IMG/VR virus record: IMGVR_UViG_3300042191_000299
Span: 1-64,000 of that record
DNA: 64,000 bases
Reading direction: 5' to 3' (one strand)
Source of the DNA: a virus
This document shows positions 7,120 through 16,804 of the stretch, one piece after another; the first letter of the stretch is position 1, and each line of letters begins with the position of its first letter. The notes below the pieces were generated by a model. That model searched no databases and had not been told where the DNA came from. It was given only the letters and a program-made list of their open reading frames with translations. Made by a program: the position numbers and the translations under genes.

Positions 7120-7350
7120 TCATTTCCGCCCCTTCACCGCGTCGATGAGCCCCGCGAGCGTGTTGCGCACCTGCCCCATCGCCATCGTGCTGGCCATGGT
7201 GGCGTAGGTGTACGCCCAGCCGATCAGGCAGGAAACGGAGCAAACCACAATGGCAACCGTCTGCACCCCTTGCGCGTTGACCCGTTGAACGGCGAAGTGC
7301 GCCCGCACGTGTTTGCGGCACTTCGCGCACGTGAGCGGCACAGCGGTCAT
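7120..7350 (-). CDS. hypothetical small protein with one hydrophobic segment
   Basis: Starts at MTAVPLTCAKC, overlapping the ThyX stop. 76 aa. Confidence 0.5.
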   Translation of the reverse strand: MTAVPLTCAKCRKHVRAHFAVQRVNAQGVQTVAIVVCSVSCLIGWAYTYATMASTMAMGQVRNTLAGLIDAVKGRK

Positions 7351-8216
7351 CCGGGCACGCTTTCGTTGGGCAGGGACATGCGGTAGGACCGCCACCCGGT
7401 GAGCTTGCCCACACGCTCGTCCGTCGCCAGCGCCTGCGCCACATGCTCCCCAGGTGCCGCGTGTGGCGGGTCCTGCACGATCAGTTTGTCGTGCAGCGCG
7501 ATGTCTTCGCGAATGTCACGCTTCCCGGCGTGTGTCAAGTAGCTCACACGTGCAGCTCGCCCGACGGCAATTTTGACGAGCAGCGCGTTGTGGGCGGCAC
7601 GCTCAGGCTCGCGGTGAATGCGCACACTCGGATCGATGAGCCCCCAGACGGCATTTCGATCCTCCGTCTCGATGAACGGCAGATGCCATTCGCCCGCCGC
7701 CAACTTCAGCGGCACCGATGCCTCCTTCGCGGCGCGCATCATCCGTGCGATCGTCTGGAAGTGTGGCTCTGCAGCCTTGTGACACCGGAGCGCCCACAGG
7801 TTGTTCCAGTCTGTTGCTGTGAAAATGACGGTGATCCACATCCACGGCTCAAGCAAACGATTCGTGACCTGCTTCGCAACTTCCAGCGCCATCATTCCTC
7901 GGGCGTGCTCCACGGCACTGTCACGGGCGCTCAGCCACATCTTGATGGCCTTTTCTCGCGCCTCCCCTGTCAGCTCCTCTTCGGCCTGCATGCCCTTCTG
8001 GGCCTTACCGATGTGGTCGGGGATGAACGGATCTTCCAGCACCCGCTGAATCATCTTCTCGATTGGGATCGCCCGCGAGCTGGCCGACGACCGCGATAAC
8101 GCACAGTGCGTGAGCAGCTCGGAATGGATGATCCGCGGATACGTGGCCACGATGGTGGTGATCCTCCTGCCGCTCGGGCCGATCGAGTCGGCAATTACTT
8201 TCGCTGAAAATGCCAT
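7347..8216 (-). CDS. thyX: ThyX-like FAD-dependent thymidylate synthase homologue
   Basis: Starts at MAFSAKV. HSELLTHCALSRSSASSRAIP resembles the ThyX RHRxxSxxxxSxR block, but HC replaces HR. Confidence 0.65.
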   Translation of the reverse strand: MAFSAKVIADSIGPSGRRITTIVATYPRIIHSELLTHCALSRSSASSRAIPIEKMIQRVLEDPFIPDHIGKAQKGMQAEEELTGEAREKAIKMWLSARDSAVEHARGMMALEVAKQVTNRLLEPWMWITVIFTATDWNNLWALRCHKAAEPHFQTIARMMRAAKEASVPLKLAAGEWHLPFIETEDRNAVWGLIDPSVRIHREPERAAHNALLVKIAVGRAARVSYLTHAGKRDIREDIALHDKLIVQDPPHAAPGEHVAQALATDERVGKLTGWRSYRMSLPNESVPG

Positions 8217-8268
8217 CAGGCGCTCCTCTCGGTGATCGGGCATACCTGTGTTGTCAGGCGCGTTTCTT

Positions 8269-8955
8269 TCACCCACATTTCGAAACCGGGGATGGTCGGG
8301 AGGGTCGTGTCTGCATAACGGCGGACAGCGTGGTCGCGATGCGCTCGTGTACCTCCTCGGGGGTACCGTGACCATCGACCGTCACCCATCGGCCAGGCGC
8401 GCCGGGTGCTGCCCAGATGCGCTTGTAGTTCTCCCGGACAGTGCGCTGCTTTGCGCGGTCCTTCTCGTATCGATCGCGCAGCGTCGGGCGCCGGCGCAGG
8501 GCCTCCTCTTCCGTCACGTCGATGAAGATGTTGATGGCGGGATCGGGTAGGCACGCCTGGACACGCCACAGCCACTCCTCCGAAAGACCGTCGGCGCTGC
8601 CGTACGCTACAGCAGAGGGTTTCCAGCGATCCAGCACCAAGTGACTGCCTTGGGCCGTGCTGAAGTGAATCACAGGCGCGGCAGCCGCCTTGTCCGCCAG
8701 CATCAAGCGCTGAAAAACCAGCGCATCGTCCGGCGCGCGCGTGTAGCCTTTTCCCTCGTTGCCGAATCCCCCCGGAGTGGACACGGCCGTGAGCTGCGTG
8801 CGCCCCTGCAGATGGTCGAGGATCGCTTTGCCCGTAGGTGTGTCGTAACGAGGAAAAGCCAGCGGTGGCTTAAGCGGAGAACACAGCTTCTGCGCCAACA
8901 GCTCCGCTTGGGTGTGCTTCCCCACGGCATCACCGCCTTCGATGCAAATCAACAT
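8269..8955 (-). CDS. tmk: thymidylate (dTMP) kinase
   Basis: Starts at MLICIEGGDAVGKHT (P-loop). DRW/AYG lid-region pattern. Confidence 0.8.
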   Translation of the reverse strand: MLICIEGGDAVGKHTQAELLAQKLCSPLKPPLAFPRYDTPTGKAILDHLQGRTQLTAVSTPGGFGNEGKGYTRAPDDALVFQRLMLADKAAAAPVIHFSTAQGSHLVLDRWKPSAVAYGSADGLSEEWLWRVQACLPDPAINIFIDVTEEEALRRRPTLRDRYEKDRAKQRTVRENYKRIWAAPGAPGRWVTVDGHGTPEEVHERIATTLSAVMQTRPSRPSPVSKCG

Positions 8956-8957
8956 GG

Positions 8958-9713
8958 TCACTCCTTCATTGTTGGGTCGAGCGGCCCCTCGACAACTCGT
9001 TGGGCCACGCAGTATCGGCAATGCGGGTCATGCACGTGGTGCTCCTGGCACACCCACGGCAACGGCGGCAGCTCCTCGACTTCAATTCCACCCACCGCGG
9101 CCGTCACTGCCTCTACCGCCGCCTCGGGGTTGAACCCAGTGAGCAGCGCGGCCGCTTCCTTGTCGTCGCCCCCCGCGTACACGCGCCTCGCGCGCTCGGT
9201 CACCGCCACCTTGGCCTGCTCGGCCGGTGTCAGCTTGCGCGAGATCGCCACCGCCTGCTCGGTGTAGTTCGCGTCTTGCCCCGGCTCCCGGCCGCCGATG
9301 GTGTTGTGGATGTAGCAGAAGCGCGACGGTGGCACGAAGCACGCCAGGCCCACCCCCCCGCCGGCCAGGCCGAGACGCAGAAACTGCCCCACCTGCACCG
9401 CGTTCATTCCGTCGAAGCCGCGCACGCCCAGGTGATGGAACACGCCGGTGCAGCCGAGCTTGGCAATGTCGCCGCCGGTGTGGCATTCGCAGGCGAGAAG
9501 AATGCGCCGCACGCGCATTGCTGAGGCGGCGCGTGCTTCGGCCGTAGTTTCGTTCAGGCCAAACGTCATGCGCTCAATCAGCCGCTGGTCACTGACCACA
9601 GCGCGTCCGTTTTCGAACGTGACGACCAGTTCCTTGTCCGGATCAGACGGGCGCACCGGCTGGTGGGCGATTCGGGGCTTGCGCTTGAACAGACGGGCGA
9701 TGAACTTGAACAC
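8958..9713 (-). CDS. hypothetical protein
   Basis: 251-aa ATG ORF with balanced composition and Cys/His-rich ends. Confidence 0.55.
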   Translation of the reverse strand: MFKFIARLFKRKPRIAHQPVRPSDPDKELVVTFENGRAVVSDQRLIERMTFGLNETTAEARAASAMRVRRILLACECHTGGDIAKLGCTGVFHHLGVRGFDGMNAVQVGQFLRLGLAGGGVGLACFVPPSRFCYIHNTIGGREPGQDANYTEQAVAISRKLTPAEQAKVAVTERARRVYAGGDDKEAAALLTGFNPEAAVEAVTAAVGGIEVEELPPLPWVCQEHHVHDPHCRYCVAQRVVEGPLDPTMKE

Positions 9714-9725
9714 GGTGGTCTCCTT

Positions 9726-10751
9726 TTATCGATACATCTTGTGCATGCGGTGCTCGCGCTGCGCGTCGCCGGCACCGCCGGTGAAGCGTTGATGCGCCAC
9801 ACCCATCCGCGTGACTGGCCGGTTGACGAGCTGCTCGGCGGTGGCGCGTCTAGCCGCCTCGATAGTCCGATTGAGGTACCGCGCGCCGGTGGTGCGGTAC
9901 TTCATCAGCCCCACCGGCTGCGTCTCGTAGACCCAGTGGATCATTTCGTCAGGCACACCGGCACTGACAAGTGCGCACACCACTACCCAGTCGGCCTCGC
10001 TGCGCGTGACCTGGCGCTCGGAGTAGGCGTTCTTCTCCCCACTGTCGATGATGTCGATCACTCCCGGCGGGAGGCGCTGGCGCAGCTCCAGCCAATCCAC
10101 CGGCGGGTCCACCGGCACGGGGATCCCCTCCTGTGGCTGGCGCGCCGGCCCTGCCCCCAGTCGATCGAGCGCCAGATCGATCTGGTCGATGGTGTACGTA
10201 CGCTCCGGGTTGACCGACGTGAGGTAGCACCAGCTTGGCGGCGTCTTCCAGTTCACCGTGCCGGCGAGGCGCAAGATCCGGTTCACATTGAAAATGCAGT
10301 CCGAACCGGTGTACTTGCACAGCCGTTCCCAAACGACTTTCGCCTTCGTCGGGTCGGCCGGCTCGGACAGACGCAGATACATGTGCGCGCCATTTCCCGA
10401 TGAGCCAACGGCTGTCGGTGGAATGCCGCCTGCGGCCAGGCGCTTCTCCACCTCGCCGATGGACGTGCGCTCCGGCTGCAGGTCCAGCCCCACCGTCGAC
10501 ACGAATGGCACGTCGTGCTCGAAGCCGGTCATGGCTTTTCGTGGATTGACCGACACGAACGCGGAGAACCGCTCGGCGTTGATCTCCAAGGCGTATTCCG
10601 CCGCCACGTCCGCAGTGAAAAAGTAGCGCTTGATCGGCTTGCGCTTCGGTGCAAGCCCCGTGATCTCGATGAGCGTCGCGGCGGTAGGCACAGGGTGCAG
10701 CAGCTCGATGAGCGTGCGCGCGTGGTGCAGCTGCACTTCCGCTTGCGTCAC
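9726..10751 (-). CDS. DNA primase-like protein (plasmid/phage RepB-prime-like family, tentative)
   Basis: GTG overlaps the upstream stop. SSGNGAHMYLRL and NRILRLAGTVNWK motifs. C-terminal SRSEADWVVVCALVSAG helix bundle. Confidence 0.5.
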   Translation of the reverse strand: MTQAEVQLHHARTLIELLHPVPTAATLIEITGLAPKRKPIKRYFFTADVAAEYALEINAERFSAFVSVNPRKAMTGFEHDVPFVSTVGLDLQPERTSIGEVEKRLAAGGIPPTAVGSSGNGAHMYLRLSEPADPTKAKVVWERLCKYTGSDCIFNVNRILRLAGTVNWKTPPSWCYLTSVNPERTYTIDQIDLALDRLGAGPARQPQEGIPVPVDPPVDWLELRQRLPPGVIDIIDSGEKNAYSERQVTRSEADWVVVCALVSAGVPDEMIHWVYETQPVGLMKYRTTGARYLNRTIEAARRATAEQLVNRPVTRMGVAHQRFTGGAGDAQREHRMHKMYR

Positions 10752-11242
10752 GCCCACACCTCGATTGCTGTCGCGTAGCCAGGGCGACTCGGATGCTTCG
10801 GTGCGCCCGTGGCTGTCTTGCCGAGACACCACGCTACTTTTTTCGTCAGTACGACGAGTTGGCGGATGTGTTCAGCGCGGGCTGCAGTCAGTTTCGCCGG
10901 GCCTGAATCACCCCAGCCCACCATGACGACACTCGCTTCGTTGATGAGGCGCGCCAGGTGCGCGTCGTTTTCGGGCCCGATAGGATAATCCGTTGCTGCG
11001 AGCGCGGCAGGGTTCCTCGATCGAAGCGCAAACAGATTCGCCACTTCCAGCCAACCGTACTTCCACCGCTGCGTGAAGCCAATGCACTTGCGAATCGTCG
11101 CGTCGTCATCTACTGCGTCTGCCGTCGACGGGTTGAGCATGATCCACAGCACGAAGCCACGGGCAAACAGTGCTGGCTCCCACCGGCGGCGGAGCGTGTA
11201 GCGGTACGTGCCGCAGTTGCTAATAACAGCGCTGCGTTCCAT
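10748..11242 (-). CDS. DUF1643-like protein
   Basis: Starts at MERSAVISNCGTYRYTL. LWIMLNPSTAD is typical of DUF1643. Confidence 0.6.
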   Translation of the reverse strand: MERSAVISNCGTYRYTLRRRWEPALFARGFVLWIMLNPSTADAVDDDATIRKCIGFTQRWKYGWLEVANLFALRSRNPAALAATDYPIGPENDAHLARLINEASVVMVGWGDSGPAKLTAARAEHIRQLVVLTKKVAWCLGKTATGAPKHPSRPGYATAIEVWA

Positions 11243-12858
11243 CAGTAGAGCTTCCCGATGTAGACGGCGGCCATCTCTTGTGCACGCGTGATCGCCGTAT
11301 ACGTCCAACGACGGCCCTCTTCTTCGTCGAAGCGCACCGACGGCTCCACGACAATGAACACCCACGGCCACTGCGACCCCTGGCTTTTGTGTGCCGTCCA
11401 CGCGTACCCGAAATTCGCGTGGATGTGTGGCGCCACGGTGTCGCCGGCAGTGAAGTGGTTGTTCACGCGCGCCCAGCGGTTCGCGGCATCTACGATCCCG
11501 CGCTGTCCTACCGTGAGGCGTCCATGCAGTTCTTCAAGCGACAGCGTCAGCGGAACGCCACCCAGGTGTGTCGCGCCAAAACGGGTGTCTTCGTGCACGC
11601 CCTTCCAGCGGTCGGTCACACGCTCGAATCCCTCGGGCGAATCGTCCCACCCCTCGAACGTGAACGTCTCGCCGTTCATCAGCCCTGCATCGTAGTTGTT
11701 CTTCATGACCAGCAGCGGCTCGCCCACCTGCGGCATCTCGTTGTAGATGCCCAGCGTGGCGCGGATGCCCGCGTTCAGGTGAAAGCGCGTCTGGTTGCGG
11801 TGGCAGATGGTCACGCCACCGTTCTGGTGCGTTGCCACGGTGATCCCCGGAATCTGCCCATACTCTGCACGCGGTAGCTCCCGCAGTGCATTTATCCCTG
11901 CGCCGTTGCGCAGCGCCATCGACGCGCGGATCACTGGCGATCCTTGCGCCTGGCGGAGCACCTCGGTCATCTCCACACGCTCGGCGCCCAGACCTTCGGC
12001 AAAGGCCGGCAGCAAGATCGAAAACGGTGGCGCGTTGGGCGGCTGCACGGGGGGCAGCTGGAAGCCGTCGCCGATGCACACCAGCTTAAGGTCGAGCTGC
12101 TTGCACGTCAGGTAGACGTCCTTCCACACGTCGGGGCCCACCATGGATGCCTCGTCAAGCAGCACCAGGCGCGACTTGGTCACCGGGATCTCTTCGAGCG
12201 GCCGCCGCGTGAACTTGGTGACGCCTGTCTTGTCGTCCTCCTTGGGCTTGTATAGCCACCGGTGGATGGTGCTGGCGTTGAGCCCGGTGGCCTCGCGGAT
12301 GCGCAGCGCCGCCTTGCCAGTGGGTGCGATGGCCGTGGGCGTTCCGTATTCCTGCTCGAACACGCGCAGCATGCTGGTTTTGCCCACGCCGGCAAAGCCC
12401 GCCAGGATCGCCAGGGCATGACCTCGAACCGACATGCACCGCTGCACCATCGCGCGGCCACGTTCCTGATCGCTCGTGAGCGTGAACGGCAACACGACGG
12501 GCTTTGGTGGTTCCGGGGGCGCCATCGCCGCGTATCGATCTTGGATCGCCGTGGCCATCTCCTGCTGCACCATGCGCCGGCTGAACCGTTGATCGATGCG
12601 CTTGGCCAGCTCGGTGAACCCCAGCGTGTGCAGGCGGAACATCGACGAGCGTAGCGCCACGTAGGTGAGCGTGTTGGTGGCGATGTCGTGGAGGATGGTG
12701 TTCGCTTCCGTTCGCGCCTCGGCAGGAACGGCCTCGGGGTTGTAGCCGTACTGCTGGCGGCAGTCGGGCCCGATGGCCAACTCGATCGACAACGCATCGG
12801 TGAGGGGACGGCCACACGCGGCGCAGTTGGTGGTGGCGAATTGCGCGATGACGGTCAT
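11242..12858 (-). CDS. RecD/Dda-like superfamily 1 DNA helicase with N-terminal Cys motif
   Basis: Walker A GFAGVGKTS, Walker B LVLLDEASMV, C-terminal YAWTAHKSQGSQW. N-terminal CAACGRPLTD..GPDCRQ (DUF6011-like). Confidence 0.85.
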   Translation of the reverse strand: MTVIAQFATTNCAACGRPLTDALSIELAIGPDCRQQYGYNPEAVPAEARTEANTILHDIATNTLTYVALRSSMFRLHTLGFTELAKRIDQRFSRRMVQQEMATAIQDRYAAMAPPEPPKPVVLPFTLTSDQERGRAMVQRCMSVRGHALAILAGFAGVGKTSMLRVFEQEYGTPTAIAPTGKAALRIREATGLNASTIHRWLYKPKEDDKTGVTKFTRRPLEEIPVTKSRLVLLDEASMVGPDVWKDVYLTCKQLDLKLVCIGDGFQLPPVQPPNAPPFSILLPAFAEGLGAERVEMTEVLRQAQGSPVIRASMALRNGAGINALRELPRAEYGQIPGITVATHQNGGVTICHRNQTRFHLNAGIRATLGIYNEMPQVGEPLLVMKNNYDAGLMNGETFTFEGWDDSPEGFERVTDRWKGVHEDTRFGATHLGGVPLTLSLEELHGRLTVGQRGIVDAANRWARVNNHFTAGDTVAPHIHANFGYAWTAHKSQGSQWPWVFIVVEPSVRFDEEEGRRWTYTAITRAQEMAAVYIGKLY

Positions 12859-13127
12859 CGTAGGAGGGCCCTCGCGGCACGGGCAGCATTGTATTGCGTT
12901 TGCAGTGCTTGGTCAGCCCACTCCGCTGCCTGCAGCCAGGCGCCAACACATTGGACCACCACGGCTTGGCTTGCGCCGTATGCGCGCTGCGCTTCTCTAG
13001 CAAGATCAACAACCGACGTTACACAGCGTCCCTTCAGGCAAATATCTCCCTCTTCTGTGAGAATGCGCCACTCCACGCCGGCAGGCGTCTGCCGCCACTC
13101 CACAAACACGACCGGCTCGGCGCTCAC
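12855..13127 (-). CDS. hypothetical protein
   Basis: GTG start in a GTGA overlap. Stop overlaps the helicase start. Confidence 0.45.
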   Translation of the reverse strand: MSAEPVVFVEWRQTPAGVEWRILTEEGDICLKGRCVTSVVDLAREAQRAYGASQAVVVQCVGAWLQAAEWADQALQTQYNAARAARALLR

Positions 13128-13459
13128 GCTGTCCTCAGCAACGCCTGCGCGGCTATCGCGGCCTTGTACGCCAGCGCCAGGGGCGCCGCGAGAATTTCCT
13201 CGATCTCCGCGTCGGCGCATGGCGGCACCTCCACAAGCTGAAAGCCCTGCGGATAGTGGCGCACGTATTCGTTCCTCATCGGCAGTGTCAGACCCGTATC
13301 GCTACGCATCCACGCCTCTGTGCTGCTCACGCCGTGTGCCAGCCGCGTTCCGTCTTCTGCCAGCGCCGCCCAATCCCAGTCCACGACGGATGCGCCGGGG
13401 AAATCGTTGACACGGCGAACCGCCCACAGAATGAAGATGATCGGCAGATCGGCGCTCAC
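13124..13459 (-). CDS. hypothetical protein
   Basis: GTG start in a GTGA overlap with the upstream stop. 111 aa. Confidence 0.45.
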   Translation of the reverse strand: MSADLPIIFILWAVRRVNDFPGASVVDWDWAALAEDGTRLAHGVSSTEAWMRSDTGLTLPMRNEYVRHYPQGFQLVEVPPCADAEIEEILAAPLALAYKAAIAAQALLRTA

Positions 13460-13701
13460 GGCTGTCCGCCTTCCGCGACGCGCGCCCACACATCGCCGTG
13501 GCACGGCTTTGGTTTGCACCAGCATCCGAGGCGCTTGCCTTGAAGCGACGTGGCTTGTGCCAGCAGGTCGGGGCGGCTGCGCAGATGCGCGCGGAACAAA
13601 CGAATGGCCGCCGGGCCGCGAAACGGATTTCCGAACACAGACGGGCGCCCGATGTATACGTCGTACGGCTCGACGCGAATGTTGACCACACGGGTGCTCA
13701 C
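13456..13701 (-). CDS. DUF4326-like protein
   Basis: VVNIRVEPYDVYIGRPSVFGNPF...GCWCKPKPCHGDV pattern. GTG overlaps the polymerase stop. Confidence 0.6.
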   Translation of the reverse strand: MSTRVVNIRVEPYDVYIGRPSVFGNPFRGPAAIRLFRAHLRSRPDLLAQATSLQGKRLGCWCKPKPCHGDVWARVAEGGQP

Positions 13702-16157
13702 GACGCCTCCTTCCAATTCCCGGCCACCTTCGGATCTGCAGGAAACAGCATCGGCCCGATTCGCTTCGCCATCGCCTGCTGGATGATCCGCTTCATGTCT
13801 TCGGCCTCGTGCTGTGCACACTCGACGACGATCTGGTCGTGGCCGTTCACCACCAGACCGCGGTGGTTGGCATAGTCGAAGGGGTAGGCGGCCACCACGG
13901 CAGCGATGGCCGTGTTCTGCAGATCGGCGCTCGCGCCCTGGATAGGCAGGTTTCCCATTTCTGTGGCGCTCTCGCCGCCGATGAAAAAGCGCTTCCGCTT
14001 GTGAAACTGCGTGGCGATGTAGCCGACGCTGCGCCACCCACGGATGAGCATCTTCTTCCATTCGAGGATCGCCGGGTGCAGCTTCCACCACGCGCTGAAC
14101 GTGCGCTCCACCTCGGGCAGCGTGATGTGCGGGAACAGCGGCCGCAGGTTGTCGTCACGCAACAGGGACAGCGTCTGGAAGATGGTGGGCGGCTGGGCGT
14201 CGTAGTTGAGCGCGTACACGAACCGCTTGACGAAGTTTCGCACCTCGTCGTTCACGTCCTTCGGCTGGCAGCGAAACAGGCCACACGCATTGAAGATGTG
14301 GACGTCGGGGCCCCGCCCCTCGTCGAACGCCTGGAATGCCTGGATGAGCGGCTCGTCGCCCGCCAGCAGCGCGATCATCCTAAGTTCCACGGCACTCATG
14401 TCTGCTGCCACGAACACGTTGCCGAGCGCAGGAGTGAACATGGCGCGCAGACGCTTGGGGATGTTCTGCATGTTCGGCTCGTTCGATCCCCAGCGCCCCG
14501 ACGTCTTCCCCGGGCGCCACACCGCACGCAGCCGTCCGTCCGCGTGAACCGGCGGGCCCCCTACCAGCTTGCCGTTCTCCACGTGCCCGGTGTTCGTGCC
14601 GAGGATCTTCTCCGCTTCGCGGTAGCCGATGAGCCCGTGGATGATTCGCGTGGCGCGCTCGTCCAGGCCCAATCCCAGCAGGTCGAGCAGCGTGTTCTCG
14701 TCCGTCGATGCCTCACCGCTGTCCGTGTAGTGGTCATCCAGCATCGGTAGACCAAGATCCTCGTACAGCAGCTTGCGCACCTGCGGATAGGACCCCGGAT
14801 TGATGTCCCGCCCCGCCACCGCCTTGAATTCGGCCAGCAGGCGGTCGGACTTCTCCTGATACTCGACGGCAAACTCCAAGCGCTTGGCCTGGTCGACGCC
14901 GATGCCGATCGCGGACATCGACCGACCGATGCGAAACAGCTCCGCGTCGATCCCGTAGATGTGCGTCTGCTGCGCCCACGTGAGGTTCTGCTCGACGTAC
15001 GGCGCCGAGGTGTAGGTCACCGCAATGTCGTAGGACAGGTAGCGATCGAGGAGGGCATCATCGCGCACGTTGCTGTGCTTGAATGAATCCTTCCAGAATG
15101 GCGCATCCGTGTAGACGCTCCCGAGGAAGTCCAAGCGGTGCGGCAATTCCGACGTCACGCCAATCTGGTGCGCCACCAGCGTGTCGAACACCTTTTCGTC
15201 TACCAGCGGCATTCCATGCCGCCACAGCACCACCGAGTCGAACGCGATGCCGTTGTGTAGGTCGACGCGCGGTGCCCGCTGCAACCACCCCGCGATGGCG
15301 CGGCTCTGCGCCTGGATCTCATGCTCGGGCAGCATAAGGTGGCCCTTCACTGACAGGGGCGAATAGATCATGACCTCGGTGGCGTTGCCGATTCCAACGC
15401 GGCGCAGGCCACACGTCCAGGCGTCTTTGCCGTCGGTCTCCACGTCGACCGCCAGGCGATCCGGGTGGGCCACCAGGAAGTTCTCCACCTCAGCGGCACT
15501 CCTCGGTACAAAGTAGGCCGGGTCGCGCCACGTGTTGCCCCCACGGGAGATGCGCACGGCCTTGGTCACGTCGGCGTGGAAGATGGGGCGCATCGTCCGC
15601 CCCTCTTCGCGCATCACGAAGGCGGCGTGTGGAATCGGCACCGCCATCGGCCCGTTCGGGATCTGCAGGGGCGCCCCCCGCATCTTCATGATCGATGCGT
15701 TCACGCCCACCGCGGTCAAGCTCGCGCCGCCCATCAGTACGGCGAAGCGTGCTCGCTTCAGCTCGTTGAGCAGGCGAGGGCGGCAGCAGTCAATCACGCT
15801 GGGCAGTTTGCGGCGCTTCATCTCCTGCAGGTGCTTCTTCATCTCCGCCAGCGGAGCGCAGAGCGCAGCATTCGTGAATCCCACGCGACTCATGTCGGCG
15901 CCGGCGTTGCGTAGGGCTGTGCGGATCTCTCGGCCGCTGGCGCCGATGAGCGTTTCGCCCTTGTCGATCTCGTTGTGGCCAGGGGCCTCGGCCACCACCA
16001 GGACGTCGACGTTGTCCGGGATGGACGGCGGCACGGGGCCGCGCTGCGCGTTCCTCATAGAACACTGATCGCAGCGCGCCCCCTGCGCCATCGCCCAGGC
16101 GTGGTGCTCACCCGGGGGGCGACTGTCGATGTCGACGGTGTAGGCTTCAATCGTCAC
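13698..16157 (-). CDS. polA: family A DNA polymerase with 3'-5' exonuclease domain and N-terminal family-4 UDG-like domain
   Basis: UDG-like VLVVAEAPGHNE..GASG. Exo motif AVDVETDG. Pol motifs DMSAVELR, NLPIQGASAD and GHDQIVVEC. GTG start. Confidence 0.9.
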   Translation of the reverse strand: MTIEAYTVDIDSRPPGEHHAWAMAQGARCDQCSMRNAQRGPVPPSIPDNVDVLVVAEAPGHNEIDKGETLIGASGREIRTALRNAGADMSRVGFTNAALCAPLAEMKKHLQEMKRRKLPSVIDCCRPRLLNELKRARFAVLMGGASLTAVGVNASIMKMRGAPLQIPNGPMAVPIPHAAFVMREEGRTMRPIFHADVTKAVRISRGGNTWRDPAYFVPRSAAEVENFLVAHPDRLAVDVETDGKDAWTCGLRRVGIGNATEVMIYSPLSVKGHLMLPEHEIQAQSRAIAGWLQRAPRVDLHNGIAFDSVVLWRHGMPLVDEKVFDTLVAHQIGVTSELPHRLDFLGSVYTDAPFWKDSFKHSNVRDDALLDRYLSYDIAVTYTSAPYVEQNLTWAQQTHIYGIDAELFRIGRSMSAIGIGVDQAKRLEFAVEYQEKSDRLLAEFKAVAGRDINPGSYPQVRKLLYEDLGLPMLDDHYTDSGEASTDENTLLDLLGLGLDERATRIIHGLIGYREAEKILGTNTGHVENGKLVGGPPVHADGRLRAVWRPGKTSGRWGSNEPNMQNIPKRLRAMFTPALGNVFVAADMSAVELRMIALLAGDEPLIQAFQAFDEGRGPDVHIFNACGLFRCQPKDVNDEVRNFVKRFVYALNYDAQPPTIFQTLSLLRDDNLRPLFPHITLPEVERTFSAWWKLHPAILEWKKMLIRGWRSVGYIATQFHKRKRFFIGGESATEMGNLPIQGASADLQNTAIAAVVAAYPFDYANHRGLVVNGHDQIVVECAQHEAEDMKRIIQQAMAKRIGPMLFPADPKVAGNWKEAS

Positions 16158-16210
16158 GGGTTAGGTCACAGGAAGCAGCGTCCTCCGTCACACCCATCAA
16201 CAGAACTGGT

Positions 16211-16247
16211 GTCCGCGCTATCTGGTTCGGCGCGCAGGCGCGAAATC
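16211..16247 (-). repeat. weak, degenerate CRISPR-repeat-like element
   Basis: CGGCGCGCAGGCGCGA matches the 27092 unit core (12 identical consecutive nt). Intergenic, between minus-strand genes. Confidence 0.3.
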
Positions 16248-16349
16248 GGCACTAGCGCAGCGGCGTAGCCCTCTTTCCACGCTATGCTGAGCGAACGATA
16301 GTCTATGTAAGGACACACCGTGCGCACGCGAACTTGCTTCGCCACGGTC

Positions 16350-16634
16350 CTACAGCCCCCTGGTCACGCCCGGTTGCTTCATCGTGTCGGGGTTCTCCAC
16401 GGCGAACGCCTTGAACCCCGCCAACAGTGCATCGATCTGGCCGAGCTGGAAGTCGTTGCACCCATCGTCGGCGCACAGCTGCCGGTAGTACAGCAGCATC
16501 GGCACGGCCAGACGGTCGCGAGCGCGGAACAGGATCAGCGGCTCATTGTCGGGCACTGGCACGCCGTTGCCTGTCTTGACGATCTGGCCCTTCTCATCGA
16601 TGTGGTGTTTCAGGTCAATTTTTCGGTGGATCAT
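16350..16634 (-). CDS. hypothetical protein
   Basis: 94 aa. AAAGGAG RBS 6 nt upstream of the ATG. Confidence 0.6.
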   Translation of the reverse strand: MIHRKIDLKHHIDEKGQIVKTGNGVPVPDNEPLILFRARDRLAVPMLLYYRQLCADDGCNDFQLGQIDALLAGFKAFAVENPDTMKQPGVTRGL

Positions 16635-16794
16635 CGGAGGTCTCCTTTGGTGGTGGCATCAGCTTTTCAATCGTCGCCTTGAAACTGGCCCACAGCGCTG
16701 GCGTGAAATCGCACGTCAGCTCGCCCTCATCCGAGGTGAAGACCACCTGAACGCCATTGCTGCCGGGCGCAAACGCAATTCTCGCTTTAGCCAT
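16615..16794 (-). CDS. hypothetical small protein
   Basis: Starts at MAKARIAF with a GGAG-like RBS. 59 aa. Confidence 0.45.
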   Translation of the reverse strand: MAKARIAFAPGSNGVQVVFTSDEGELTCDFTPALWASFKATIEKLMPPPKETSDDPPKN

Positions 16795-16804
16795 CGAGCG
16801 CCTA

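Noticed and set aside
6244-7386. 380-aa plus-strand ORF across the effector accessory operon.
   Set aside because: It is Ser/Arg/Ala-rich and antisense to four tightly coupled minus-strand ORFs, including a clear RHH protein.
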